DNA of 63,938 bases from Geosiphon pyriformis uo1 (Eukaryota > Fungi > Glomeromycota): the NCBI GenBank assembly GCA_016748015.1, contig JAAOMT010000176.1, positions 62,001-125,938 on the forward strand, in the 5' to 3' direction. A program made the position numbers and the translations under genes. Below, in pieces: positions 50,851 to 61,648 of the stretch (position 1 is its first letter; every line of letters starts with the position of its first letter). The notes under the pieces are model-generated. The model saw only the letters and a list, made by a program, of their open reading frames with translations, searched no databases and was not told where the DNA came from.

Positions 50851-53800
50851 CATTTAAGTTCCTGCTTCTTAGTGAGGTCGGAAAGCACGATATATTGTTT
50901 GTAGATTAAATCTGAGTTGGAATTGTTGTCATTGTTAATTCCATTTTAAATGGAGCTGGAACTGGTGTTTTTGTCATCGTCCTTGTCAGAGTTTGAATTG
51001 GGATTGAAAATTGATTCCGATTCCGATGCACAGCTGCTGATTGGTTTTTTCTTTTCAGGGATCGTGTAGATCATGCATGGTGGTAGATTGTAAATAAGCT
51101 CACACTCATTACAATACTGGAAGTTACATGAGATCAAACAGTGGTCACATAGTTGGGTGTTTATTTCTTCCAATCTTTTTTCCTGTTCTTCTTTGGTGGG
51201 TGCTAAGTTCTGATAGTGTTCATGGAATTCTTCTGGGCTGTTTTCTAAGTTGAGAAAGACATCCGGGTTGAGAACCAAAACAATGTTTGTTGGTTCTGGA
51301 GGGTTGTTCTTGATCTCCAGAATTTTACTGGACGAAGTGCCTTCTACTTTGGCATTGGCCATTTACCAGATTTCGTTTTCATCGTGTGGGTAACCTTCTA
51401 AGCGAGAGATTGCTCAGTGCCAGGCAGCTGTTATTGGCATGCCACAACTTACCCAATTGCTGATGAGGATCGTGTATTGGCATGAAGTGTCGCACATTTC
51501 TCCTCGACTAGGAATGTCATTCCACATTCCTTCATTGAGTAACTGTTGGCTGTAAGCAAAACATGGTTTGTTGTTCCATTTGTCATTTTGGGTAATCATA
51601 GTATTCTCTATGGCATGGTTTGCAGTAGTAGTGAGTTTGCATTCAGTAGTCTTCATCTAGCACGATCTATGCTCCCATAGAAGAGAGTTTTTTCTTACAG
51701 TTCTGACATTTTAAGGGAATATAAGGTGGCTCTTTCACTGGCTCACATAAGTATTCTTTTTCCCAGCCACTGGTTATTTTCTCTGTGGCTTTGTCGGCTT
51801 TTTCAGGTAAGTCTTCTTCTTTCTCTTTTCCTTTCTCTTTTTCTTCTCAGTTGGTTGGCGTTGTTTTGCTTTTGTTGTCATTGTTCCAGGCGTTGATAGT
51901 GGTCTCCTAGATATGTTCTTTTGTTTCCATTCCTTTTCCTTTTACATTGTTCTTTTCTTCTCAGTCTAAAATTGGCAGTAGCTTGTTGTACTTGATGTCA
52001 GCCCATGATACTTGGTATGCCTCCCAAGTAGGCTTTGGTTTTTCCTTCTCAAAATTGATAAGCAGTATTAATGACATGATGTTGTTCGGTTTGAAATGGC
52101 CACATGTGACTGGTACTCGCATATGTTGGCCATTTTGGCTGAGTTGGAGTTCCTGCATGTTCCAGTCGAGCATTGCGTTGGTCTTAGACAACTAGTCATT
52201 GCCAACGAGAGCTTGGTACTGTGTTGCTTCCATTATTAGTACCTTGATTGGTACAGTGATGCCGTTAATTTCAATGAGTAGATCATCAATCTTGCCAATA
52301 GGAGTTTTGGTTGCTCCATCAGCTGTTATGATTCTGGTGCTGGCAGCATGATCAACTCGGCGACTTAATTGGTTCATGAGTTGTTGTGTAATAATGCTGT
52401 CTGCTGATCCATTATCCAGAATGAGCTTGATAGAATGGCCATCAATTTTGGCATCAGTGTACATCGCCGTGATGGGTTTTTCTTTAATAGTGGCTCCACT
52501 AAACAAAAGAACTTCTGATGGTTCCTCAATTTCAAATAGAAATATGGCTGCAAGTGACTCGTCTTCTGTGATGGTGGCTAATGGGATATTACTGGTAAGT
52601 ATTAATTGAAGGTTGGTTTCCGGGTCCTTAGGTTGGGCATCTTCTGGGGTAACCAGAAGACTTAAATAGTTCTGGGAATTTGGGTTTTGGGTGGCACCAG
52701 TACTTGAATTCTGCTGATGAGATTCTGTTTGCTGGTTTGATGAACTGGAGATCAGTTGGTGGACTACCATTACTGATTGCCAGTTTTGTTGTATCATTTT
52801 TGGCCTTTGGATTCTGTTTTAAGACAAGTTTTGTGGCAGTGTTTGAATTTGTGGTTGGAGTTGATAAATGACTTAAGGTTGTGGCTGTAATTGATAGATT
52901 GTGGGTGTTTGATAGACTGGAGTTTGATATACTGGTGGTTGATAAATTTGTGACTGTGTCATTGGTAGGTAAGTAGTTTGATCTTGATTTGGGTAATGAT
53001 TCGGAGTTTGAAATCTGTGATCAGGATTTCGATATTGATTTCCTGATCATAAATTGTTGCTATAAAATCTGCAGTCTGCTCTTATGTATCTTTGTTTACT
53101 ACAATTGTGGCAAACACATGTTTCTGGCTGTCACTGCTGATTAGGTGCTGCTAATGATGATAATGAACACAACTGATTTTGGAAACAATTTGCATTTCCT
53201 GAATTATTGCATCGTTGTAGTGGTTGATAAATTGTGTGATTGTCAGCTAAGTATTCCTTTAATTTCTGATTAATTGAATTACTGAATTGTTTCAATTTGG
53301 AATTCAATTCAGATGATCCATTCATCACTAGGTTCATGGTGTGGGCATGATTGGCTTCTAATTTGGCAGATTCAAAATCTCTGGCATATGTGACTGCATT
53401 CTGAAGAGTGGCTGGATGCAATAGACATACATGTTACAGGATGCTACTGCACAAGCCATGGATGAATTAATTGAGAATTTGTGGCACTGTGAAATAATTA
53501 GTATCAATTGCTTGAATTTGTCGCAGATTTCTATGGAAGCATCCCAGATATGTAGTAACTGCTTTAGTTTCTTCTTGTTTAATTGTGGTAAAAGTGTTGG
53601 CTAATCTGTTGATGCTGTTGTTATTGCTAAAGTATCTCAAAAATTCCAGTTTGAAGGTGTTGAAATCTTGGGATTTGTCAACCAGGCTTTGATACCATGA
53701 GTTTGCTGTATTCTTGAGAAAATAGGGTATGGCTTGAAGTGCTTGGGCATCATTCCATCCATTCGCAGTAATGGCTTTCTTTACATCATTCAGCCATACT

Positions 53801-54906
53801 TGTGCATTGTTCTCTTTGCCAGTAAAGTTGTCAAGTTTTGTGATTGGTGCGTAGGCCATTGGATCTAAATTGGGTTGTTGTGGTGGCTGTTGAAGTGATT
53901 GTTGTTGTACTGGTTATTGGGATGGTAGTTGAAATAGCTGCTGTATAGGCTTGACTATTGGATTAATTGGCAGTTGGTCAATGACAATTACTGGAGGTAA
54001 GTTCTGCTGATTAATTATTTCAGGGTTTGGATTATTTTGATTCGGTGGTGCTTGGATATTCAGAGTTTCAATTTCCAGATTTTTCAAACTTGGATTTCAT
54101 GGAGTTTGAACATTCGGGGTTCCAAATTCTGAGTTTTCTGAGATCAAGTTTTGGTAAATGAATTCTTGATCTTCACTTCCTTCTTCTTCTTCCTCTGATA
54201 ATTTCCACAGAGTAGTGGTTCCGAAATTTGGTTGGGGTAGCAGTGATCAAATTCCTGATGGCATTGGGGATCATGATTTAAATGCTTCAAAATACACACC
54301 ATATGGTTCTAGTAAGTCTTCTTTTCATTGTTTGCTTTGGAATTGCAATCTTCCAAATGTTGATGTCACATTTGATGTGGATGTGTCTGCTGATGAAATG
54401 TTGATGGCACTTCCAGGTGTGTAGTAATATAATAGAGCAGTTGGTAATTCTATTCTGTGTTTTTTCCAACTAAGTAACTGTATTTCTTTTGGTGTTGCTG
54501 CTGGTGTTTGTATTCTTCTTTTATTCTTGTTTGTGTAGGTAATGGGGAATTGTTGCTGTATGTATTTTTCAATATTTTGATTAATTTTTCTGATGATTGG
54601 TGCAAAACTATAGTTTCTTGGTAAGCTGGTATGTTGAAACAGTTCCATATAAAAGTTTTTTCTGGCTGATTCAATGTTTACTGTTCCTCCTAAATAGGCA
54701 GTAATTTTATTATTGACATAGAAGTTGAAGGCTGATTCAGCTGGGTAGTGATTACTGTTTAATCTTAATTATTGGTTGTATTATTGAAACAAGAACTTGG
54801 CGAATCTTAAGTGGTTGGCTCCTATAATTTCTGGTTCTGCCACATTTGGATGGTGTGTTGTTGGTGTTGGTTCTCTGTAGGCTTATATCTCACAGGGAGC
54901 ACCAAA

Positions 54907-55740
54907 TGTTATAGTTGATTATTTGGGGTCTCAAATCAAATAACAAACCTGTAACTTGGTGCTCAATTGATATAATATTGTTGATAATATCTGAAGGTAT
55001 TGTTATCTGAAGGTTTTAGTTGAACTGAAAGTTTTGTTGTGGAGTTCTTTGTATAATGAACAGAGATTCAATGGTAATAGTTTTATCCGTAGCTTTCTAA
55101 AACTGCAGTTTTGTCAATTTTTTTCTCAGCTGGATGACCGGTATTCCTCCTGGTAAGCTATCCTCAATCGAGTGTTTTATCCTTATCTCTGAGTCTTTTA
55201 CCAGTCACGTTTATTCTGATGTCAGTGCCTACATGTTAATCCTCAATAGAGTTAATAAACAACAATAAAATTAAAGCAAAAAATAAAGAAAAGAAAGAAA
55301 ATAAAAAAAGAAAAGAAATAAGCTAAGGCAATTTTGCAAGATAGTATTCCATTAATAGCTGTGATCAAGAGCTATTGTTCCAGTGTGGTTAAGTATCAAT
55401 TACTATCAACATGAAGTGTTGATAGTGGAAATGGATTTTGAAATAACAAATAGTTATTTATTAGATGATTGTGATTTGGAAAGTTGCTTAGATTAAATCT
55501 AAACTGAGAGTTCTGTTTTTTCAGCTTCTAATCCTACTGCTATATATACATAATTGAGATTTCTCAATTCCTCAATTCTCCACAACAGGAATCTTGCAAT
55601 TCCTTTGAAAAGATTCTGTAATTCCTGGAATCCTGCAATTCCTGAGAGGAATCCTGGAATTCCACATTTTACTATGTCTACTTTTGATTGGTTAATAATT
55701 ATGCTAATCTCTATTCCCTATATTTTTATGAGTAATATTA
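54907..55740 (-). repeat. Shared LTR: 5' LTR of B and 3' LTR of C (about 834 bp)
   Basis: Followed by the PBS of B on one side; preceded by the PPT, ORF3 and integrase of a second copy on the other. Confidence 0.9.
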
Positions 55741-57767
55741 TTCTCTTCTTTTAATATTGAGCTCCATTGAAATTCAACTCATGTAATTCCCCCTCTTGAA
55801 GTATTTCCTGGATTTCGTTTTCGAGAATTACTTGTGTTATTTGGGTCTGTAATTCTTCAAATTAAGCATTGGTGATTTTTCCCAATTGATTACTGATAAC
55901 CATATTTATTGCTCTGTTAAGCAATATTTCTGGTTTATTCTGAAATGCTGTGTGTATTCGGTATATGGCTCAGGCTTGTGTGGATAAGTTGTTCTTTCTC
56001 ACAAAATGTTCTAATTGTTGTAGTATTCTTTTGTTGAATAATCACTTTGTTTTATCCATATATAGATTTTGGATATTTATGTGTTATCCCAAGTAAAAAT
56101 AACAATAGTTTCGTGGAAATTGTTGTATCCACCAATTCCAAGTTTCTTTAGTCAATTCTTAATATAGTGACTCTTGTGTCGATTCTTTTATTGCTAATTT
56201 TACTTTTGTCATAATTTTGTCCACTGTATTTTCAGTTTTTTTCGGTGTTTTGAGTTGTAATGTCTTTCTAGTATCTTGATATTGAATAGTTTGTTGATTG
56301 ATTGTAATCTCCATTTCCTGGTGTTGGATTAATTGAAAGAGTTATTGTGCTAGTGTGTGAATGTTGTCTGTAATTTCCATTTTTCTGATATTTCCTGTCA
56401 TGTCTACCATGTCTTTATATATTCTTTTAATTGATCAATTTAATGTGTGATTGTTGATAATAATAATTGGTTCCAGATCTCGTGGAATCTCATCTGGTCG
56501 GACTAGTATTCTCTGTACTTCTAATTGTAGAATATTACTGGTAGATGGTAGTATAATGTCACAATATGGCTTCAGTCAATCTCTATGTGCTGCTTTAGTT
56601 AAAATTTTGTTATCCAATCTTAATTTATAAGCTCCATTTCCTAGAATTTCTTCTATGTGAAATGGTCCGTTCCATTTGGGGTCAAATTTTCCACTCTATT
56701 GTTTTTCCACTTTGGTATGATGTAGTAATACTTTGTCTCCAATCTTGAATTCAACTGGTTTGTTTGGTAGTTGACTATCATGTCTTTCTTTCTGTTTTTC
56801 TTGTGACTTTTGAATATTATCAGCTGCTCTTTTTTGGTTGTTTTTCAATGTTTCTATTAAGTCATATGTTCTTCTCAACAATGTATCTTTGAAATTTTCT
56901 TCTGTTATTGGTTCAGTTGGGTATGTGCTGACTTTTATTTCTACTGGTAGTGTTGCTGTTCTACCATATACTAATTCAAATAGTGTTGCTTGTGTAGTAT
57001 TTTGCTTTATTGTCCGATAAGCAAATAGTACTGATGGTATCAACAAATTCCAATCGTTCTGGTTTTCTTGGCTGAGTTTAGCTATTGCTTCACATAATGT
57101 TTTGTTGAATCTTTCTACTAATCTGTTGGTTTGTGGATGGTATGGTAATAATAATGGTCTCTTGATTCCGAATCTTTGGCTCAATTCTGTTAATGTTTTG
57201 TTCACAAAATGAGTTCCTTGGTCTGATAATAATTCTTTTGGACATCCATGTCGACAAATCAAATCCTGATGAACAAATTTAACAACGGATTCTGCATCCA
57301 CTCTTTAAATTGCTTTTACCTCTGGCCATTTAGTGAGATAGTCCATAGCTACCGCTATGTATCTGTTTCCTCTACTGGTGATTGTTAATGGTCCGACTAA
57401 ATCAATTCCAATACAGTCAAATGGTTGTCCCACTTTGATTGGTCTTAATGGTTCACTGAGTCTTGTTCCTCCTCTTCGCTGACAAGCATCACAATTTTGA
57501 ACATATTGAATGATGTCTGGGTACATTAATGGCCAATAGTATCTCTTTCTGGTTCTTTTTATGGTTGCTTCTTTGTGAAAATGTTCTGCTGTTGGATTTG
57601 AGTACATGTTGAATAATATTGTCTCTTTTTCTGGCTTCATAATTACTCTGGTTGGTTGATCTGAATCTCTTCTATTTTTCTGATACTCTTTCGTTCTGTT
57701 TGAGATAAATTCTCCTTGAACTGTTGAGTGTTTAGATAATGTTGCAATTGTTAATATTTTTGTATGT
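55741..57767 (-). mobile_element. Ty3/Gypsy element C: 3' internal part (integrase + ORF3 + PPT) of the same family as B, interrupted by element D
   Basis: Collinear with 46473-48532; integrase zinc-binding region (AEHF...CDACQ), GIDLVGPL, LSDQGTHF, VERFNKTL, WNGPF. Confidence 0.92.
55751..56410 (-). pseudogene. ORF3 of element C, 220 codons in one frame with six C>T-type nonsense codons
   Basis: ATG 56410 to TAA 55751. Each internal TAA/TGA aligns to a sense CAA/CAG/CGA codon in copy B. Confidence 0.75.
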
Positions 57768-58799
57768 TGTTACCAGACGAAATTAGAGATATCATTTAGC
57801 ATGAAATTATCTCATAACTCCTATCATTAATTAGCATATATATATTATCATTTCAAATTATTACTTATTACATTAGCAGAATGTCTGAAATTATCATTTA
57901 ATTAATAACCCAAATTGTACACAACACAAATGTAACCTAATTGCAATGATTAATCATGCAATATCCCTAACTATGTAACATTCAAAAGTTCACCGAAATT
58001 TATAGAAATTCGCCAAAATAATTGATAGTTTACCGAAATATCTAATAGTTTGCAGAAATAACTTGTAGTTTGCCGAAATGTATCTTTAGTTCAGCGAAAT
58101 TGTAGAAAATAGCAAAGTTCAAGTTCATAGAATAGTGTTATGACAAGTTGTATAAAAGAAGAGCTTTTCTCTTCGAAAAAATGTATCTTACTTTAGATTT
58201 ATTACTTAGAACCATTTCTACACATACAAAAAGAAATAAATACCAAATAATTTGAAAAACCAAATTCTTTAATTATTGTACTTGGAAAATCCCCAAAACC
58301 CAACTAACATTTCAAAATTGATTAGCTACCAATTTTAATAAACCTTTAGTGACTCCAGATCTGGATAGAAAACGTTTCTTTTGACAAAAATTCTATTTCT
58401 TTTACATTTCTTTTATTTTCTTTTATTTTTCTTATTACAATCATTAGGGTAGCCTACAGACGAGATTCCTGTAGAAAAGTTGACTTTCACAGCAAAGTAA
58501 CTACACATTTTTTTGTGAGCTTCCAGACAAGTAATTCCTGGGAAAGAGTTGACATTTACTACAATGTAACTACATAAAGCAACTGGCATGGAATTGGCCA
58601 TTCCACTCATAAGCCCAGCAAGTTCAAATTATAAGAGATAATTTGAAGTTAAAAATTCAGTTACTGGAAGTTCAACCACATCCAGAAAACGTGAATTCAC
58701 AGCAAATAAGTATCAACAACATTACAGAAAAGAAACCAAAAACCTCCAGTAACATTTTGTGCTCTTCCACAGAAACAACACAGCAAAAACAACTTCAAA

Positions 58800-60515
58800 G
58801 TGGTGACCACACCAGACACAACAACTCTAGAGTATTACCAATCAATTTACATCCACTGCAAGCAAAGATTCAACATTCCAAACAGAATTGAAGTTGTCAA
58901 GAAATCAGTATACCAATACATTGAAAACTGTATCAACAATTATCTTTTTGGAAATTACAATATCTCAGAAGTTAGAAGCAATCTTTACAATAATTTAGCA
59001 CACTATTCACAGTTGGGAACTGAAGACCTTAATAGTGAAACACTTGCCACTTACTTTCACGAACTTAATTTTAACATTATCAAATACTGTGAAGAAACAT
59101 ATCCAGTACAGTCTCAATACACTATTGACTTTGAATCGAAAACAGAAACAAGCAACAAAGGCAAAAACAAATTAAAGCAATATTCAAGAACCACCCCAAA
59201 TACTCCAACACTACTGAAAACAACTGCCAAACATTTACAAACACCTGAACAAGGAACCAGTTCAAAACTTCCACTTACTATCACACCTTTTCCAACTTCA
59301 CTTGCACAAACACAAACACCTAATTCACCCTTGAATCGATTTGCAAGACCAGAAGATTTTACATCACTCAGAAGTCTTATCAGACAACAAGAACTCCTTC
59401 AAACTAGTTCCAATCTCCTTGATTTTCTAGCTGAAAATCAAAGTGAACACTCTGAAACAGCAGCAAACAAAGAAAACAACTCTGAAATAACCGAAGAAAA
59501 ATCAATAGACAGTGAAAACGAAGAAGACAAAATGACAACATACATCACAAAAATCCCTGAATTCAATGAAAAAGATATTAAGACCAGTCCCCAAGAATGG
59601 CTCGACCAAGTTACTAAAGCTGGAGATGCAAATGGATGGAACACTGCCAGAATGTTAAGAACAATTCCCTACTTTCTCAAAGGAACAGCAGGAGAATGGT
59701 TTGAAAATCTTGCCGCTTCATTCAATGATTGGAATGCTTTCAAAGCAGCCTTTTTTGAACAGTTCACCGACAATAATACCTCCATCACTCTTCGCAATTG
59801 TTTTCGAAATATCAAACAAGAACTCTCTGAATCCATTATGACTTATATTGGGAAATTCAACAAACTTCTCAGATGGATTCACCAACTCGAGACAAATGAT
59901 TATTATTCCAATGCTCAAATCTTGGATCAATTTATCGCTGGTCTAAAAGATAAACTAATTAAAAAGGTTTGCCCACACGCGCCAGAAGATTTAAACTCTG
60001 CCATACAACATGCGAAAAGATACGAAATGGCCATGGAAGAAGTCAATCGTACAAAACTTGTAAATTTGGCAATTGGAGAAACCAGCTCAGCAGCTGAAGA
60101 AAAAATTGACCAACTCACAAAGAAGGTCAAAAACTATTTTACCAATCAACAACAACAACAACCCCAAAGATATCAACCACCCCAAAGACGAAATCAAAAT
60201 AATTTTGCACCACTTTCCAATAACCAACTCCAGAATTGCCATTACTGTAGAATCTCTGGCCACTGGATAAGAGATTGCAGAAAGCTGCAACGAGACCAAC
60301 AAAATAGGGGTAATCAACGTTACTCTCCACCACAGCAATCTTATTATCAACCATCACCACCAGCTTACTATCTACCAAGACCCCAATACCAAAATAACTA
60401 TTATCAGCCTGCTCCACAACCAATCCAACAGCAATACCAACAACCACTCACACAATATTATCAAGTACCTGCTCGAAGACTGATTACACAAAATCAATTC
60501 ACATCACAAAACTGA
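58800..60515 (+). CDS. gag: Gag of element D (GTG start; capsid from ATG 59532; CCHC knuckle), ended by a probably secondary TGA
   Basis: 571-aa ORF: PQEWLDQV..A..ANGW, PYFLKGTAGEWF, QFIAGL, CHYCRISGHWIRDC. Protease ORF 60621-61370 is in the same frame. Confidence 0.88.
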   Translation: MVTTPDTTTLEYYQSIYIHCKQRFNIPNRIEVVKKSVYQYIENCINNYLFGNYNISEVRSNLYNNLAHYSQLGTEDLNSETLATYFHELNFNIIKYCEETYPVQSQYTIDFESKTETSNKGKNKLKQYSRTTPNTPTLLKTTAKHLQTPEQGTSSKLPLTITPFPTSLAQTQTPNSPLNRFARPEDFTSLRSLIRQQELLQTSSNLLDFLAENQSEHSETAANKENNSEITEEKSIDSENEEDKMTTYITKIPEFNEKDIKTSPQEWLDQVTKAGDANGWNTARMLRTIPYFLKGTAGEWFENLAASFNDWNAFKAAFFEQFTDNNTSITLRNCFRNIKQELSESIMTYIGKFNKLLRWIHQLETNDYYSNAQILDQFIAGLKDKLIKKVCPHAPEDLNSAIQHAKRYEMAMEEVNRTKLVNLAIGETSSAAEEKIDQLTKKVKNYFTNQQQQQPQRYQPPQRRNQNNFAPLSNNQLQNCHYCRISGHWIRDCRKLQRDQQNRGNQRYSPPQQSYYQPSPPAYYLPRPQYQNNYYQPAPQPIQQQYQQPLTQYYQVPARRLITQNQFTSQN

Positions 60516-60620
60516 TACCAAGTAAACAACAGTAGAATCAGTTCGAACAACTAATTGGTTCCCCAAAATACCACTTAACCAAGACCCAACTATTACCACA
60601 CTCAACCCAGTTATTTAACA

Positions 60621-61370
60621 ATGCTGAAAAAACAGGATTTTCACCATACTGCACTCTCAGAAGGTAGAGCTGCAGCACAACAACAACAAAACCCTTCTCA
60701 TAACTACACCACTATTCCACCAGCCCAAATTGCTGAAAACGCCAATCTCTCTGATATCTTTTCTTTTGAATTTGAAGCAAATGAATCACCATTCTTGCTT
60801 AGCAATGCAGCGGCTAATGAGCAAAAAGCCATCACTGCAATGTACACAGAAGCTAAAGTAGAAGAAGAGCCAATTTGCTTGATCCTAGACAGTGGATCCG
60901 CCGGAAGCATTATTACCTACCAGTTAATGCAACAGTTGAAAAGAAATGTCGACCGACCAGCTCAAACAGTAATTGTCACTGCTGATGGCATGAAAAAAAC
61001 CCCAATAGAAGAAATTGACAATTTTCCATTCACTCTTGATGGAATCACCATTCCAGTCAAAGTTTTTGTAATAGACACATCCCAATACCAAGCTCTCATT
61101 GGAAATGATTGGCTTCAAAAAGCCAATGCTAATCTGAATTGGGAAACACAAGAGTTAACAATTTCCTACCAAGGACAACACGCCCGGGTATCTGCCATTT
61201 GTGGTACATTCAACAAACACTCTGAAAAAGCCCTGGCTTTTGAATTTAAACCAGAAAAAGAAAAACCAATAATTAAAACATTCATGGCTCTTGGATCAAC
61301 GTTCAACTGGGCCGATGAAACAGAACAAGAACATTTTACCCCACACACTAAACCCGAAACCTCTGAATAG
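60621..61370 (+). pseudogene. Retropepsin protease region of element D
   Basis: LILDSGSAGS...ALIGNDWL motifs. Confidence 0.88.
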
Positions 61371-61648
61371 AATATACCTTACTTAAAACCCGATCCAAGA
61401 AAACAACGCTCCTATATTCCCCTTAAATGTAAGGACTGCCACAAGAAACTATTGTCAATGGGAGCCTGCATTTCACCTGAAAAAGAATATAAAAATCATA
61501 CTTGTTATTACTACAAGGCTTGCCACAGAGAGCGATGAGACCATCTAATAAAAAGGAGCAGAAAATGGAACAACACCCCTTGTTTGACTTGTGGAGATAT
61601 GCTACCAGAAAAATGCAATTGGATTGATGTAGCAATGAGAAGAGGCAT

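Larger units (their letters stand above)
45657..55740 (-). mobile_element. Ty3/Gypsy element B, full length but decayed: LTR-PBS-gag-PR-Cys-rich-dUTPase-RT-RNaseH-IN-ORF3-PPT-LTR
   Basis: LTRs 54907-55740 and 45657-46472; PBS 54888-54904; gag 54843 to about 52800; PR LILDNGS (about 52410); RT LDLDSGYWQV, VMPFGLTN, VYLDD; RNase H about 48700-49000; IN LSDQGTHF, YHPQTN; Gypsy domain order (IN last). Confidence 0.95.
57768..61648 (+). mobile_element. Ty3/Gypsy element D (different family): 5' LTR about 57768-58754, gag, protease, Cys-rich region; interrupted by element E
   Basis: Abrupt break in C's pol at TGTTACC; LTR ends TAACA with a PBS-like TT-TTGTGCTCTTCC; gag and DSG protease follow in one frame. 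Confidence 0.88.
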
